In this document: piece after piece, positions 17,229-26,808 of the stretch | Layout of the letters: every line of letters begins with the position of its first letter | Numbering within the stretch: position 1 is the stretch's first letter | Origin: an uncultured virus (IMG/VR IMGVR_UViG_3300030707_000002) | Lineage: Duplodnaviria; Heunggongvirae; Uroviricota; Caudoviricetes | Virus record (IMG/VR): IMGVR_UViG_3300030707_000002 | Length of the DNA stretch: 64,000 nt | Strand: one strand, 5' to 3' | The notes under the pieces: model-generated | Database searches by the model: none | The model's input: the letters and a program-made list of their open reading frames with translations, nothing else | Told to the model about the DNA's origin: nothing | Made by a program: the position numbers and the translations under genes

Positions 17229-17639
17229 ATGACACCCGAAGAGAATGAAGTGATCGCGCAAGCGATGCGCTGGTGGACGGTTCGGTCGAAGACGATCGGA
17301 CCCACGGCGCCAGCCGGAGGCACTCTCGCAAACGCGTGCGCCGCGCTGGACCGGTCCAGGCAAGCTGTCCGCCCCATCACCGCCGTCGACCGCATGCTCG
17401 CGTTCGGCGACCGCCTCACCGGCAACCGGCATCGACCAGCCGCTCGCCGCCGCACGCACTTCCGATTCGGTGCGCTCGAGGTCATCGTCGTCGAGCAGGC
17501 GGCCGAACCGACCGAGGTGTACCTGACGAACGGCAACGCCGTCATCGTCGAGACGCTGGCCACGGACCTGATCCAGGCAACGGACGCTGTCCAGAAACTG
17601 CTCGCGAATCCACCCCCCGTGAAGAGGAGATCCCGGTGA
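17229..17639 (+). CDS. hypothetical protein
   Basis: 136 aa, GTGA-coupled to the NTase. Confidence 0.55.
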   Translation: MTPEENEVIAQAMRWWTVRSKTIGPTAPAGGTLANACAALDRSRQAVRPITAVDRMLAFGDRLTGNRHRPAARRRTHFRFGALEVIVVEQAAEPTEVYLTNGNAVIVETLATDLIQATDAVQKLLANPPPVKRRSR

Positions 17640-18307
17640 GCAACATCCCCCCCTCCGACCCCGCAGTCACGAACGCTCTGCTCGACATCCGGCGCGCCGC
17701 CACCAACGCGCGCGTCCCGTGGGCGCTCATCGGTGGTCAGGCCCTCATCGCCTACGGCGTACCGAAACACACCGAGGACGCCGACGCGCTCGTGCCGACG
17801 GCCAACCTCGAAGACTTCGCGGACGTGCTCGTCGAGACGTTCGGCTACACGCCCCTGCTCTACGACGCAGGCACAGACGACTACGTGCCGACCGACAGGG
17901 CGACGGTCCACTACATGGACGACGGGGTGCTCTTCGACATCCACGAGGAGCGGTCCATGATCCCACTGCGCAGCCCGCTCGGTCTCGGTGTGGACCTTCT
18001 CGCAGCACAGCACCCGATCGAGCAGGAGATGATCGAGCTGTCGCACATGCAGACCCACTACGGCGTCCAGGTCCCGATCGCTCCGCTCGGCGGCATCCTG
18101 CTCGTCAAGACGAAGGCCGACCGACCGAAAGACGTCGCCGCGATCGAGCAAGCTGCCGAGAGCCTGCCGGCGCAGCAGCTTGACGCTGCGGTGGCCTGGG
18201 CCGCCAAACGCGATCCGGAGACGGCTAATGAACTGCGCTCCACCATGAACTTCGCGCGGACCCGACGCGCTCCGAAACGCACCACCCGACGAGAGCCACC
18301 ACAGTAA
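17636..18307 (+). CDS. AbiEii-like nucleotidyltransferase
   Basis: LIGGQAL..YG..KHTEDAD and K....RPKD motifs; GAGGAG SD. Confidence 0.8.
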   Translation: MSNIPPSDPAVTNALLDIRRAATNARVPWALIGGQALIAYGVPKHTEDADALVPTANLEDFADVLVETFGYTPLLYDAGTDDYVPTDRATVHYMDDGVLFDIHEERSMIPLRSPLGLGVDLLAAQHPIEQEMIELSHMQTHYGVQVPIAPLGGILLVKTKADRPKDVAAIEQAAESLPAQQLDAAVAWAAKRDPETANELRSTMNFARTRRAPKRTTRREPPQ

Positions 18308-18317
18308 GGAGATCCCC

Positions 18318-18556
18318 ATGAGATGGTCCAGACGGCGCCACATGCGCCAACGCAAGCAACTGCGCCGCACACTTGCGTTCCTGCACGAGAAGCACGACCG
18401 CGTCCCGTTCGACCGGTCGACGTCCTCGCCGTGCTGCCCCTCAAGCAGCTCGCGCGGCTCGTGACGAGCGGGCAGGTGGAGATCCGCCGGCTAGGGGTCA
18501 CGCTCCGGCAGAACCTGCGCGCGTGGGGCGAGCGGAACAAGGTGGCCATCCCATGA
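18318..18556 (+). pseudogene. small gene with apparent 1-nt frameshift near 18414
   Basis: TAAGGAG SD plus ATG 18318; codon bias changes frame at TTCGACCGGTC; second frame ends ATGA-coupled to the next gene. Confidence 0.45.
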
Positions 18557-18942
18557 GCGAAACAAAAAGAAGGCTGGAGGCGGCGCAAAAGGAAACGCGA
18601 GAGGTTGCCCGCACCGGCAAGGCGCTCGTCGTCGTGGCGCACGGCAAGCCGTACGTGCTCGCGTGGCAGGCGGGGAAGCATCTCGCCGAGGTCATGGCGG
18701 GGCATGGTGCCGACAAAGACGGATTTGACCCGGAGAAGAACGGCTACGACATGGGCCCCGCCCCGAACGGGGACGGCGTCTACGTCTGCGACCTCGGGTG
18801 GGTGGACGACGGGCCGGGAGACTGGCCTGGCTCCCGCGAAGTGCTGCCGTCGATCAAGACGTGGCGGCCGGTGACGGCCGAGGAGTGGGGATATCAGCGC
18901 AACGGCGAGTGGCCGTGGTACCCGGAGGAAGGGTGGACTTGA
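18553..18942 (+). CDS. hypothetical protein
   Basis: MSETKRRL...WRPVT.EEW; coupled. Confidence 0.7.
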   Translation: MSETKRRLEAAQKETREVARTGKALVVVAHGKPYVLAWQAGKHLAEVMAGHGADKDGFDPEKNGYDMGPAPNGDGVYVCDLGWVDDGPGDWPGSREVLPSIKTWRPVTAEEWGYQRNGEWPWYPEEGWT

Positions 18943-19304
18943 AGCGCGCAAACGAAGACGTGTGGGTGGACTGGCCCGCCGGCGATGCCCTCGATCTGCG
19001 AAAAAGAGCCAAGGTCCGACTCGGTGTCACCGTCCGGGCGGCAGTCTTCGCACGCGATGGCTACCGCTGCCAGTACTGCGGGATTGTCTGCGTTGACGCG
19101 CCAGTGCTGGCTCCGTACATGAAGACCGGTCCGTGGCCAGACAACACCCGAACGATCGAACACGTCGTCCCCCGATCGCGCGGCGGCCAGACGACCCTGG
19201 AGAACCTCGTCATCGCGTGCATGCGTTGCAATCTGCGCAAAGGAGACGGATTGCTGGAAGAGGTGGGGATGGTGTTGATCGAGCGGACAGGAGAGAAAAA
19301 ATGA
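18939..19304 (+). CDS. HNH endonuclease
   Basis: VFARDGYRCQYCG...TIEHVVPRSRGG....NLVIACMRCNLRKG. Confidence 0.9.
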   Translation: MKRANEDVWVDWPAGDALDLRKRAKVRLGVTVRAAVFARDGYRCQYCGIVCVDAPVLAPYMKTGPWPDNTRTIEHVVPRSRGGQTTLENLVIACMRCNLRKGDGLLEEVGMVLIERTGEKK

Positions 19305-20008
19305 CGAACATCACGCCTGGCGCATACTGGGTGCGACCCAAGGATGATTCCGATGCCGACGTGCAGCTAGCTTACTTCTGGCAAACCTCCGAAGGCGATT
19401 CGGGCTGGTCGACGTTCGGGTCCGAGGACAGCTACGCTGCTAGCGCCCTCGTGGCAGTCGCTCCGGCGATTGCTCCAGTCAAGACCCCTGAGCGATCCCC
19501 CTGCACGCTCGAGAACTGCGGACACATGCGGCAGCTCGATGCCATCGTGGATCTCCTCGGGATGCCGCGCGGCACGCGGTCCGTCCTGGACGAGCTCCGC
19601 GCGCGCAGCCTCTGGGAGGACGCCGCCGACGAGTGGACTGACGCCATCAAGGAGGCGTTCCCGACCCGAAGCGGATCGCATAACGAGTACATCACCGCGA
19701 TGCAGATGGTTCAGCACCGGCACAGCAAGAGCGGGCTGGTTGCGCTCGTCAACTGGCTGCTCGTGGAGCAGGCCAAGCTCCGCGCCGAGGAGCGCGTCAC
19801 CAAGGCTCGGCTGGACGGGACGACGAGTGCCATCCCCGCCATCGTCAACAACCACACAAAGTCGTACCGGGCCGACCTCCACCGATTCATCGCCGCCTAC
19901 GAGCAAATGCGTTTCCGATTCGGCGATGAGTACGAGGGTCGATTCGAGGAGTGCGACCGGATGGTGGAGCTCCACCTCGCAGACAAGCCGCTGTCGGGGA
20001 AGCCATGA
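19301..20008 (+). CDS. hypothetical multi-module protein
   Basis: AGGAG SD, ATGA coupling. Confidence 0.7.
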   Translation: MTNITPGAYWVRPKDDSDADVQLAYFWQTSEGDSGWSTFGSEDSYAASALVAVAPAIAPVKTPERSPCTLENCGHMRQLDAIVDLLGMPRGTRSVLDELRARSLWEDAADEWTDAIKEAFPTRSGSHNEYITAMQMVQHRHSKSGLVALVNWLLVEQAKLRAEERVTKARLDGTTSAIPAIVNNHTKSYRADLHRFIAAYEQMRFRFGDEYEGRFEECDRMVELHLADKPLSGKP

Positions 20009-20475
20009 GCGGTTTGCCGACGGCTTGGGAGACCCTGCGTCGGAGCGTGAACGGGGAGTCGGGTCTCATCGGTACGCCCGGCATTCGGGACCCCGACGGA
20101 GTGTGCGAATCCTTCGATGGCAAGGGGTACACCGGCCGAGGGACCTGCCACTCCGACGGACACTACCTGTGCGTAGAGTGCTCCGAGCTGTCGCCGGACG
20201 CGCCACGGTTCCATGAGCACGGGCGCGCGGGTCGCGCCGATCGCTTGCGCCTATTCTGGGCTCGCACTGGCTTGACGGCTCTTCTTGCGCTCATCGTCGG
20301 CTGCAACACCCCCGTGCCCTGCCCTGACCTGGCGCCTGCGTCATCCGCTCTCGCCATTCCCATCCTGGTTTCCGTTATGGCCTCGGCCTGGTTTGTTCGG
20401 CGATACCGCCGTTCCCGACTCGAGTGGCTCCAAGCCGTCGAGGCGTGGAACCGATACAAGAGCCGCTGCCGATGA
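20005..20475 (+). CDS. Cys-rich domain fused to membrane segments
   Basis: C..DGHYLC..C, then two hydrophobic stretches. Confidence 0.6.
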   Translation: MSGLPTAWETLRRSVNGESGLIGTPGIRDPDGVCESFDGKGYTGRGTCHSDGHYLCVECSELSPDAPRFHEHGRAGRADRLRLFWARTGLTALLALIVGCNTPVPCPDLAPASSALAIPILVSVMASAWFVRRYRRSRLEWLQAVEAWNRYKSRCR

Positions 20476-21032
20476 ACCCTCCCGTCCGCGCCGCCTACCG
20501 CGAGTTCGATGTCGCGGTCGCTCGCCTCGTCCGGCACGCGCGCACCGAGGTCAGTATCCCGTGCGCCGACGGGTGCAGCGCATGCTGTTTCGATGTCGCA
20601 TGGGCGGTCAAGCCCGAGGTCGACGAAATCGCCGAGCGCGTGCGGAGCATGCCGACCGCCAAGCGAGCACGGGTCTTGGAGCGCACCCGGCAGTGGCTCG
20701 CCGGGATGCGGGCAGCGGGTCTGGACCCCGACGACACCTGGCCGGACCTGCGCACCTACCACCGAGCCCACCTCGCGTGCCCGCTGCTCGAAGATAACCG
20801 CTGCCTGACCTACGATCTTCGCCCGATGTCCTGCCGCGCGCACTACGTAGTCGCCCCCGACGCGAACGGCTGCGCGAACCGCGCCGAGGTGCCGACGATC
20901 GAGACGCTGGAGATGCCGGGCCTCCTGACCGAGGCGTTCGCGCGAATGCTCGACTGGAAACCCACCAAACTGCGCGATCACTTGCTCCCGCGCCTGCTCG
21001 GTGCCGCACTCGGCGTCGAACCGTTGTCATGA
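20472..21032 (+). CDS. YkgJ/FliB-family (CxxxCxxCC) cysteine-cluster protein
   Basis: CADGCSACC...CPLL....CLTYDLRPMSCR. Confidence 0.85.
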   Translation: MNPPVRAAYREFDVAVARLVRHARTEVSIPCADGCSACCFDVAWAVKPEVDEIAERVRSMPTAKRARVLERTRQWLAGMRAAGLDPDDTWPDLRTYHRAHLACPLLEDNRCLTYDLRPMSCRAHYVVAPDANGCANRAEVPTIETLEMPGLLTEAFARMLDWKPTKLRDHLLPRLLGAALGVEPLS

Positions 21033-21319
21033 ATCATCGCGACGTCATCAACATGGTGGCAGCCGATGCCGAGGTCGAACGGAAGATCGTCTTGCGCGTG
21101 CTCGACGCGTACAATCGGCTCAAGCACCTGCCGTGGCGAGAAAGACTCGAACGGCAGGGGCGGCGATGGGGACGGCCAAGCACCGTCGGAGCGGATCTAT
21201 TGAAGCGTGCCACTGCGATGCGCCGCGACGGAATGTCTGTCCACCGCATCGCAGCCGAACTCAAAGTGACTAGGTCGACACTCTCACGAGCGATGAAATC
21301 CCAATCCACCAAGGAGTAA
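21029..21319 (+). CDS. helix-turn-helix protein (resolvase-like HTH tail)
   Basis: GRP...GMSVHRIAAELKVTRSTLSR. Confidence 0.7.
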   Translation: MNHRDVINMVAADAEVERKIVLRVLDAYNRLKHLPWRERLERQGRRWGRPSTVGADLLKRATAMRRDGMSVHRIAAELKVTRSTLSRAMKSQSTKE

Positions 21320-21324
21320 AGATT

Positions 21325-21564
21325 ATGCCTGTTCCCGACCCCATCTCGATCAAGGCTCGCGAAATCGCCCGAGAGTTCGGCGCCGAGGCGGTCGTCATCG
21401 TCTCGCTGCGACCGACAGAGGACGGCAAGGGCTGGAACGCGCACCACTCGGCGTACCTGGAGAAGGACTGCGGCATGAGCTGGGAGACCATCGCGCAGGC
21501 CGTCCACGACACCGCCGACAGCATCGAGACCGACGAACCGATCGAGATGCCGGAGCCGTCCTAG
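21325..21564 (+). CDS. hypothetical protein
   Basis: AAGGAG SD. Confidence 0.7.
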   Translation: MPVPDPISIKAREIAREFGAEAVVIVSLRPTEDGKGWNAHHSAYLEKDCGMSWETIAQAVHDTADSIETDEPIEMPEPS

Positions 21565-21747
21565 ATGTGCAGCGCCCGACCGCTCAAGAGGTGCACGAGC
21601 CAGAAGAGACCGATGGTGAACGTGATCTTCCCGACCTCCATCACCTTCCCTGGCTTCGAGAAGCCCCAGATTGCACCGCCCACGATCGCCACGAGCAACG
21701 GCCAGACCATTGTCGCCATGTGTCACCTCCGCCACTGGGTAGCGTAG
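21565..21747 (+). CDS. possible small protein
   Basis: ORF abutting the previous stop; start uncertain. Confidence 0.35.
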   Translation: MCSARPLKRCTSQKRPMVNVIFPTSITFPGFEKPQIAPPTIATSNGQTIVAMCHLRHWVA

Positions 21748-21756
21748 CAAGCTTTT

Positions 21757-22431
21757 CTAGCCTCGGGGCGGAGCGACCGATCGCGCCATCGCCGCAATCG
21801 TTCGCGCGTGGTGCCCGATGATGCGAACCGCGAGCGCGAGGCAGGCGAGCAAGAGCGCCGCTCCCACCGCGAGCCCGATCGCGATAGGCTTCCACTTCGC
21901 CGCCTCCGCGTCCGCCGCCGCCTTGGCCTGGTTCACGTCGACCTGAATCGGCACCAGCGCACCGGCAATGGATTGCTGAACGGCCTTGGTCAGGTGAGGC
22001 GCCGCTGCATCGATCAGCGCGTTGAGGTCTTGCTGGAGTGGCTGCCCCGCGATCTGCTCACGCAGAGCCGAAATCTCCCGCAGCGTCACTTCGTCGAGCG
22101 CTTCGTCGATCACCAACCGAACCGTTTGCAAGAGCCTCGGCCTGAGATCCAGCGTCACGAGGTCATCCGCCTGCTCGCGGGCGGTCGCGCCGGCTCCCGC
22201 GAGGATGCGCTGGACGTCCGCGTCGGTCGCCGGGCCCAGCGCCTCGTCGCGCGCCGCGCTTGCTGCCGCCTTTGCCGCTTCGGCACCCACCGTGGCGAGC
22301 GCCGCCCCCGCGTCGGGACTCGTCAGCGCGTCGATGGCACCGACCGCCGCCTCGTGACCCCAGGCGGTGAACGTAGCTCCGCAGCCGAGGAGAATCGGCA
22401 AGCAGAGTGCGAGCGTCCAGCGAGCGAGCAC
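21757..22431 (-). CDS. lipoprotein with C-terminal transmembrane helix
   Basis: Signal peptide with lipobox LLGC, Ala-rich helical body, hydrophobic C-terminus. Confidence 0.7.
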   Translation of the reverse strand: MLARWTLALCLPILLGCGATFTAWGHEAAVGAIDALTSPDAGAALATVGAEAAKAAASAARDEALGPATDADVQRILAGAGATAREQADDLVTLDLRPRLLQTVRLVIDEALDEVTLREISALREQIAGQPLQQDLNALIDAAAPHLTKAVQQSIAGALVPIQVDVNQAKAAADAEAAKWKPIAIGLAVGAALLLACLALAVRIIGHHARTIAAMARSVAPPRG

Positions 22432-22449
22432 AACGGGAATCGTACACGA

Positions 22450-22833
22450 TCAGGCGCAGGTCCCCTGTTTTCGCGCCATCAGTGCCCGCACGGCCAGCGA
22501 TTCAGTCTCGCGTTGGACGAGCTGACGGATGACGGAGAGGACGCTCCGAGAACTCGTCGCGAGCCCACCTTTCCGGCCCGCCACCCGCGCCTCCTCGGGC
22601 GTCCACTCGTGGGCCGACCCGCTCTCGTGCGCCGCACGACCGCCGAGGCGACCGATCTCACTCCTGTTGAGCGGACGGTCGGGTCGGGGCGGTGCCGGCG
22701 CCACGCGGCGGGCAGCTCCCCTCCCCTCCGCACCATATCCTAGCAAATCCTCGCACCGACCGAGCACGCACGCGGCCCGGTAGTGGGTCACTCCGCACCG
22801 GGGGCACGGGTCGAGGATGAGTCGCTTGGTCAA
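22450..22833 (-). CDS. KGG-repeat protein with N-terminal CxxC...H...C
   Basis: SEIGRLGG...AHEWTPEEARVAGRKGG; TTG start inferred. Confidence 0.65.
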   Translation of the reverse strand: MTKRLILDPCPRCGVTHYRAACVLGRCEDLLGYGAEGRGAARRVAPAPPRPDRPLNRSEIGRLGGRAAHESGSAHEWTPEEARVAGRKGGLATSSRSVLSVIRQLVQRETESLAVRALMARKQGTCA

Positions 22834-22856
22834 CGTACCCAAGTGAATCGCGCGCG

Positions 22857-23135
22857 CTAGGCTGCCCGCTCCATCGACCGGCGGACCCGGTGCAGGTTGT
22901 CGAGCACGTACTTCTCGACGTCGGGCGGCAGTCGCCGGGCGCACCGAAAGACCTCATCGACCGAGAGCTTGAGCGATTCCGCCAGCCGCAGGAGGCGCCG
23001 GGCGCTGATGCGGACGTGCTCGCCGCGCTCGATGCGCGAGAGAAACGACGCCGACACCCCGACGTCCTCCGCGAGGTCGCGCAGGTTCAGGCCCAGCTTG
23101 GAGCGGGCGGTCCGAACGAGCGTCGAGAGTTTCAT
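22857..23135 (-). CDS. XRE-family HTH transcription regulator
   Basis: LRDLAEDVGVSASFLSRIERGE. Confidence 0.9.
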   Translation of the reverse strand: MKLSTLVRTARSKLGLNLRDLAEDVGVSASFLSRIERGEHVRISARRLLRLAESLKLSVDEVFRCARRLPPDVEKYVLDNLHRVRRSMERAA

Positions 23136-24412
23136 GCCTTCTTCTTCTGACGGGCGTCGAGTCGAGGTTTCTGCGGGGTCTGGATGGACTTGGCGGCCAC
23201 GCGCACGCGCAAAAAATCGCGGACCTTGTGTGGAATGCGTTCGTCGTTCTCTACCTTACCCATTATCGCATCGAGCGCCGTGTTGTCGACTGTCAGCGCG
23301 GGGGTGAGGTCCACACCGACTTCCCGGAAGAGCGCGAGCAGTTCGGGCATCGGGTAGCTCGCGTTGAAGTACTGCGCGAGCCGGTAGACGACGCCCCCGA
23401 GCTCGAGACTCTCCTTCTCGCCGATGGCGTTCTTCAGGATGCCGTCCAGGTGCTCCTTCCGGGCGTAGGCCGCCTTGGCGATCTTGGCGACACGCTCGCG
23501 CTCCATCGCGAGGGTCTCGAGGTCGTTTGCGCTCACCGCCACCACCTCGAGCTTCCGCTCGACGGCGAGCTTGTAGACCTCGCAGCGTGCGCGATGGTCA
23601 CAGGTCCCGCAGTGCGTGTTGAGCTTCGGCTTGTAGGGTCCCTTCTCGGTGCGGGTCCCGAGCGCGAGCACGTACTGGCGAGCGCTCTCCAAGTCCTCGG
23701 CCGTACGCACCGTCATCTGCCGGAGCCCATGCCGGAGCATGTGAAAGGACATCCGGATCTCGGTCGCCCACGGGTAGAGGCACTGCGCGACGAGCGCGTA
23801 GACGGACATCTGGAGGTCGTCCGCGAGCTCCTCCTTGGAGAAAAGTAAGCGCCCGCTCTTGTAGTCGATGATCTCGACGATGCCCGGCTCGGGCTTGTCG
23901 ACCCGATCCATGAACCCGTTGATAACGAAGTGGTCGGCGTCCTCAGCCCACCGCGCCTTCTCGCTTGCGTCGATCAGTCGGCACCCCTTGAACCCATGCG
24001 CGGGCGGACCCACGAGCAGGTTGAACTCCCGTTCGACGGAGAGCGTCCGCATGTGGTCGACTCGCCCCACGTCGGTCGCGTACCGACGAAGGATTTCCCG
24101 CCCCTCCTGGTAGAGACCCACTCCAACAAGGCCGCTGTCGATCCACGCGAGCCGGAAGAACTCGAGGAGCTCCGCCTCGGGGAAGACCCCCTCGTGCTCC
24201 TCGTCCATGATCCACTGGTAGGTGCGCTCCAGCGCGTCGTGCAGCACCGTTCCGAACTCGGCGGGCTCGCCGCGGGCGGCGTCGAGCGCCGGCTCCGGCT
24301 TGTCGACGTACTGGTAGTAGAACGCGAGCGGACACTCCTCGTAACGGCGGAGACGTGAAACGCTAAGATGCTCGTTGCGGAAGACCGGGAGGTGAGTAGC
24401 GGTCGTGGTCAT
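23132..24412 (-). CDS. RecB-family PD-(D/E)XK exonuclease with four-Cys (Fe-S-type) staple
   Basis: SVSRL..YEECP, GTVLH, GFMDRVD, IIDYKSG, QMSVYA, C..CDH...C. Confidence 0.9.
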   Translation of the reverse strand: MTTTATHLPVFRNEHLSVSRLRRYEECPLAFYYQYVDKPEPALDAARGEPAEFGTVLHDALERTYQWIMDEEHEGVFPEAELLEFFRLAWIDSGLVGVGLYQEGREILRRYATDVGRVDHMRTLSVEREFNLLVGPPAHGFKGCRLIDASEKARWAEDADHFVINGFMDRVDKPEPGIVEIIDYKSGRLLFSKEELADDLQMSVYALVAQCLYPWATEIRMSFHMLRHGLRQMTVRTAEDLESARQYVLALGTRTEKGPYKPKLNTHCGTCDHRARCEVYKLAVERKLEVVAVSANDLETLAMERERVAKIAKAAYARKEHLDGILKNAIGEKESLELGGVVYRLAQYFNASYPMPELLALFREVGVDLTPALTVDNTALDAIMGKVENDERIPHKVRDFLRVRVAAKSIQTPQKPRLDARQKKKA

Positions 24413-24618
24413 TGGGGATTCCCTTTGCTGCGCTCGGCAACCACCTTCATAACCCCGAGCTTGACGCGGTGGAGCATGCAGAGATTCTCCAGCACGTCCT
24501 TGAGTGACCGGGTCAAGCACTCCGCCAGGCAGAAGACGTACACCTCGTCGTTCTTCTGCGGGGCCTTGTCGTTCGCAACGATGCACGCCCGACACGACGC
24601 GACGGGTGTCGTCGTCAC
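24409..24618 (-). CDS. small Cys-rich protein
   Basis: CRAC...LCMLH; coupled. Confidence 0.55.
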   Translation of the reverse strand: MTTTPVASCRACIVANDKAPQKNDEVYVFCLAECLTRSLKDVLENLCMLHRVKLGVMKVVAERSKGNPQ

Positions 24619-24977
24619 GACGAGTGCCTCGGGTGATTGCAGTTCTCGCACGTGCCGTCGATCACTTCGTACTTCACCCGCTCCTCCTCGGTGCAGTCGC
24701 AGAAGAGGACCGGGGCCGCATACTCTTCCATCAACCACACGACCGTCTCGACCACGTTGGCGTTGACCGGATTGGTCTTTCCGTACGGATGTTCCTTGCT
24801 GACTGTCTCGTGCGTCACTCCGGACACGATGGCGCAGAACGGTTCGTCCTTCCTCTGGCAAACGCGCGGATGCCAGAGCACGAACGGATCGCCGACGCGC
24901 GGCAGGTAATCGGACTCGTACACGCCGAGGTTTTCTCCCTCGTCGTTGTTCGAGACCTTGATGTTGAAGCTGGGCAT
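24615..24977 (-). CDS. hypothetical protein with C-terminal Zn ribbon
   Basis: CDC...CENC. Confidence 0.65.
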   Translation of the reverse strand: MPSFNIKVSNNDEGENLGVYESDYLPRVGDPFVLWHPRVCQRKDEPFCAIVSGVTHETVSKEHPYGKTNPVNANVVETVVWLMEEYAAPVLFCDCTEEERVKYEVIDGTCENCNHPRHSS

Positions 24978-24979
24978 TT

Positions 24980-25252
24980 TTACATCACTCCCTTCCGGAG
25001 AAAATCGATCTCCTTAGTCAACTGTTCGATGGCTGCGCTCGGGCCGTACGTGGCCGCTGCACGCGAGACAAACCACTCCACCAGCAGCCCGACCTGGGCG
25101 TTCGGATCGAGGTCGCTCCACTGCTCCTCCGGACCCAGAAATGCCGCCATGACGCCCACCTCTCGGATCGCTTCCATCGGAAGAGGGTTGGTGACGCCTA
25201 GAATCTCAGCGAGTTTGGTGCGCTCGCCGGCGGACAGCGATCTCGCGCTCAT
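24980..25252 (-). CDS. hypothetical protein
   Basis: 90 aa, coupled. Confidence 0.6.
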   Translation of the reverse strand: MSARSLSAGERTKLAEILGVTNPLPMEAIREVGVMAAFLGPEEQWSDLDPNAQVGLLVEWFVSRAAATYGPSAAIEQLTKEIDFLRKGVM

Positions 25253-25452
25253 CCTCGATCCTTCGGTTGGTGCATGCAGCGTGGATCCTGAGAGACGCAG
25301 CCACCGTCCTCCGTGGTTATGCAGTGAGCGTCCGGTTCGACTTCAATCTCGCCGGTGCCGCCGCAGTCCTCGCACTTCAGTTCCTGGGGCCCGTGCGCGT
25401 TGACCATGACGAAGCCGTGGCCGTCGCACGCCTTGCACGGAGAGCTCGCCAT
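25249..25452 (-). CDS. DnaJ-type zinc-finger small protein
   Basis: CKACDGHG...CEDCGGTG; AAGGAG SD. Confidence 0.65.
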   Translation of the reverse strand: MASSPCKACDGHGFVMVNAHGPQELKCEDCGGTGEIEVEPDAHCITTEDGGCVSQDPRCMHQPKDRG

Positions 25453-26024
25453 CACCGATCTCCTTTCGATTCCCACGGTTGCCGCTCCCACGGCTGCTTC
25501 GTTCGCAGCCACTCCGCGCACAGCTTCGCGTGCTCGATGGACTCCAGGATGTCGGCGCGAGCCCGGTGCGCTTCCGCCTTCATGACCTTCGTCATCCCGA
25601 GCGACCGGCAGAAAAGCTTCACCGCCGAGACATCGTAGTGGCGGTACGAGAGCCGCGCAGCGAGCCGGGGCATGTGGACACGCAAGAACCCGTGGTCAAA
25701 GTGCACGGTCGACCCGGCAAGTGTCGGCTTGTCCTCGCCGCTTGCGACCTCTGGCTCGGGCACGATCGTCAGCAGATGCTCTTCGATCTCGGCCACGGTC
25801 GTCGTGGACCGAGCGCACTCGTCGAGCAGTCCGCTCTCCCGGTGGGACCGTCGCGCGAAGTCGGTGCTAAGCCGAGAGGTGTCGACGAACCGAAACACAG
25901 AGTTGCGAATGGGGCCGATGTCGAACGGACGCTCGAGGTCGGCCTCGGCGATGGCTATCTCGAGCAGATCGTTGCTCTCGGGCACGAGCCCTGAAGTTTC
26001 TAAATCGATCCAATACATCTTCAT
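25452..26024 (-). CDS. orn: oligoribonuclease-like DEDDh exonuclease
   Basis: WIDLETSGL, LEIA, LAGSTVHFD..FL..HMP.L...LSYRHYDVS, HRA.ADI.ESI; AGGAGG SD. Confidence 0.85.
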   Translation of the reverse strand: MKMYWIDLETSGLVPESNDLLEIAIAEADLERPFDIGPIRNSVFRFVDTSRLSTDFARRSHRESGLLDECARSTTTVAEIEEHLLTIVPEPEVASGEDKPTLAGSTVHFDHGFLRVHMPRLAARLSYRHYDVSAVKLFCRSLGMTKVMKAEAHRARADILESIEHAKLCAEWLRTKQPWERQPWESKGDR

Positions 26025-26125
26025 GTGCAGCCTCCTATGTTCGCTGTTGCCACTTGAACCGGATGCCAGTTCTGCGCCGTGGCTCGCTGCGCATGGTCGC
26101 ACTCGTGGCACCGGCGGTTGAATGC

Positions 26126-26800
26126 TCATGACAGTGGGTCAACCTCCTCGCTTCGCATAAACCGAACCAACCTATCAAGGTCTTCGATTGTCGCGTCACT
26201 TTTCAACCTATTTGCCTTCCACGACATGACCATCACGTTTCCGCGGATATAACCTTTTGTGTTGTCTCTACGATCTACAGAAATAGAGTCATCCGCCCTG
26301 TTCCTATTGAATTGCAGCTTCATCCCAAAAACTGGACATGTATCTACCCACACAGCCAACAGGTCCGACTCATCTAGATCGAAATGTACACCTTTCACCT
26401 TAGCTTGACCTCGCAAGTGATTGATCATGTACCTTACTGGATTATCGAGTCGTCTTTGCTTTAGGTAGCAGGCATTACATATTCCGTTAGAACCTCTCGG
26501 CCTGTCTGGGTGGCAGAGTGACACAAGTTCTCGAACGTGATCATCGTCTATGCGTACACATCTTCGGTTTTCACACACATAACTCAACCTCGTACTAGGC
26601 TGACGCTTCTTGATCTGCTCGAAGGCATATCTGGCGCACATCACCGTTCTGTAAAGCAAAGTGCCCTGATCGGTTCGGTAACTGACTGAGAACCGCCCCA
26701 ATCCATCTACACCAGCATGTCCATTCCAAATCCAGCAAGCTTCGGTCTTTTCCACCTTAGACCAAAATCGGACATCGTTTTCTATTAGAGGTCTACTCAT
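26126..26800 (-). CDS. HNH-type (homing-like) endonuclease, low GC
   Basis: RFWSKV.K...CWIW N-domain; CPVFG...SVDR.DNTKGYI.GNV..MSWKAN.LK; visibly AT-richer. Confidence 0.8.
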   Translation of the reverse strand: MSRPLIENDVRFWSKVEKTEACWIWNGHAGVDGLGRFSVSYRTDQGTLLYRTVMCARYAFEQIKKRQPSTRLSYVCENRRCVRIDDDHVRELVSLCHPDRPRGSNGICNACYLKQRRLDNPVRYMINHLRGQAKVKGVHFDLDESDLLAVWVDTCPVFGMKLQFNRNRADDSISVDRRDNTKGYIRGNVMVMSWKANRLKSDATIEDLDRLVRFMRSEEVDPLS

Positions 26801-26808
26801 TGGACTTC

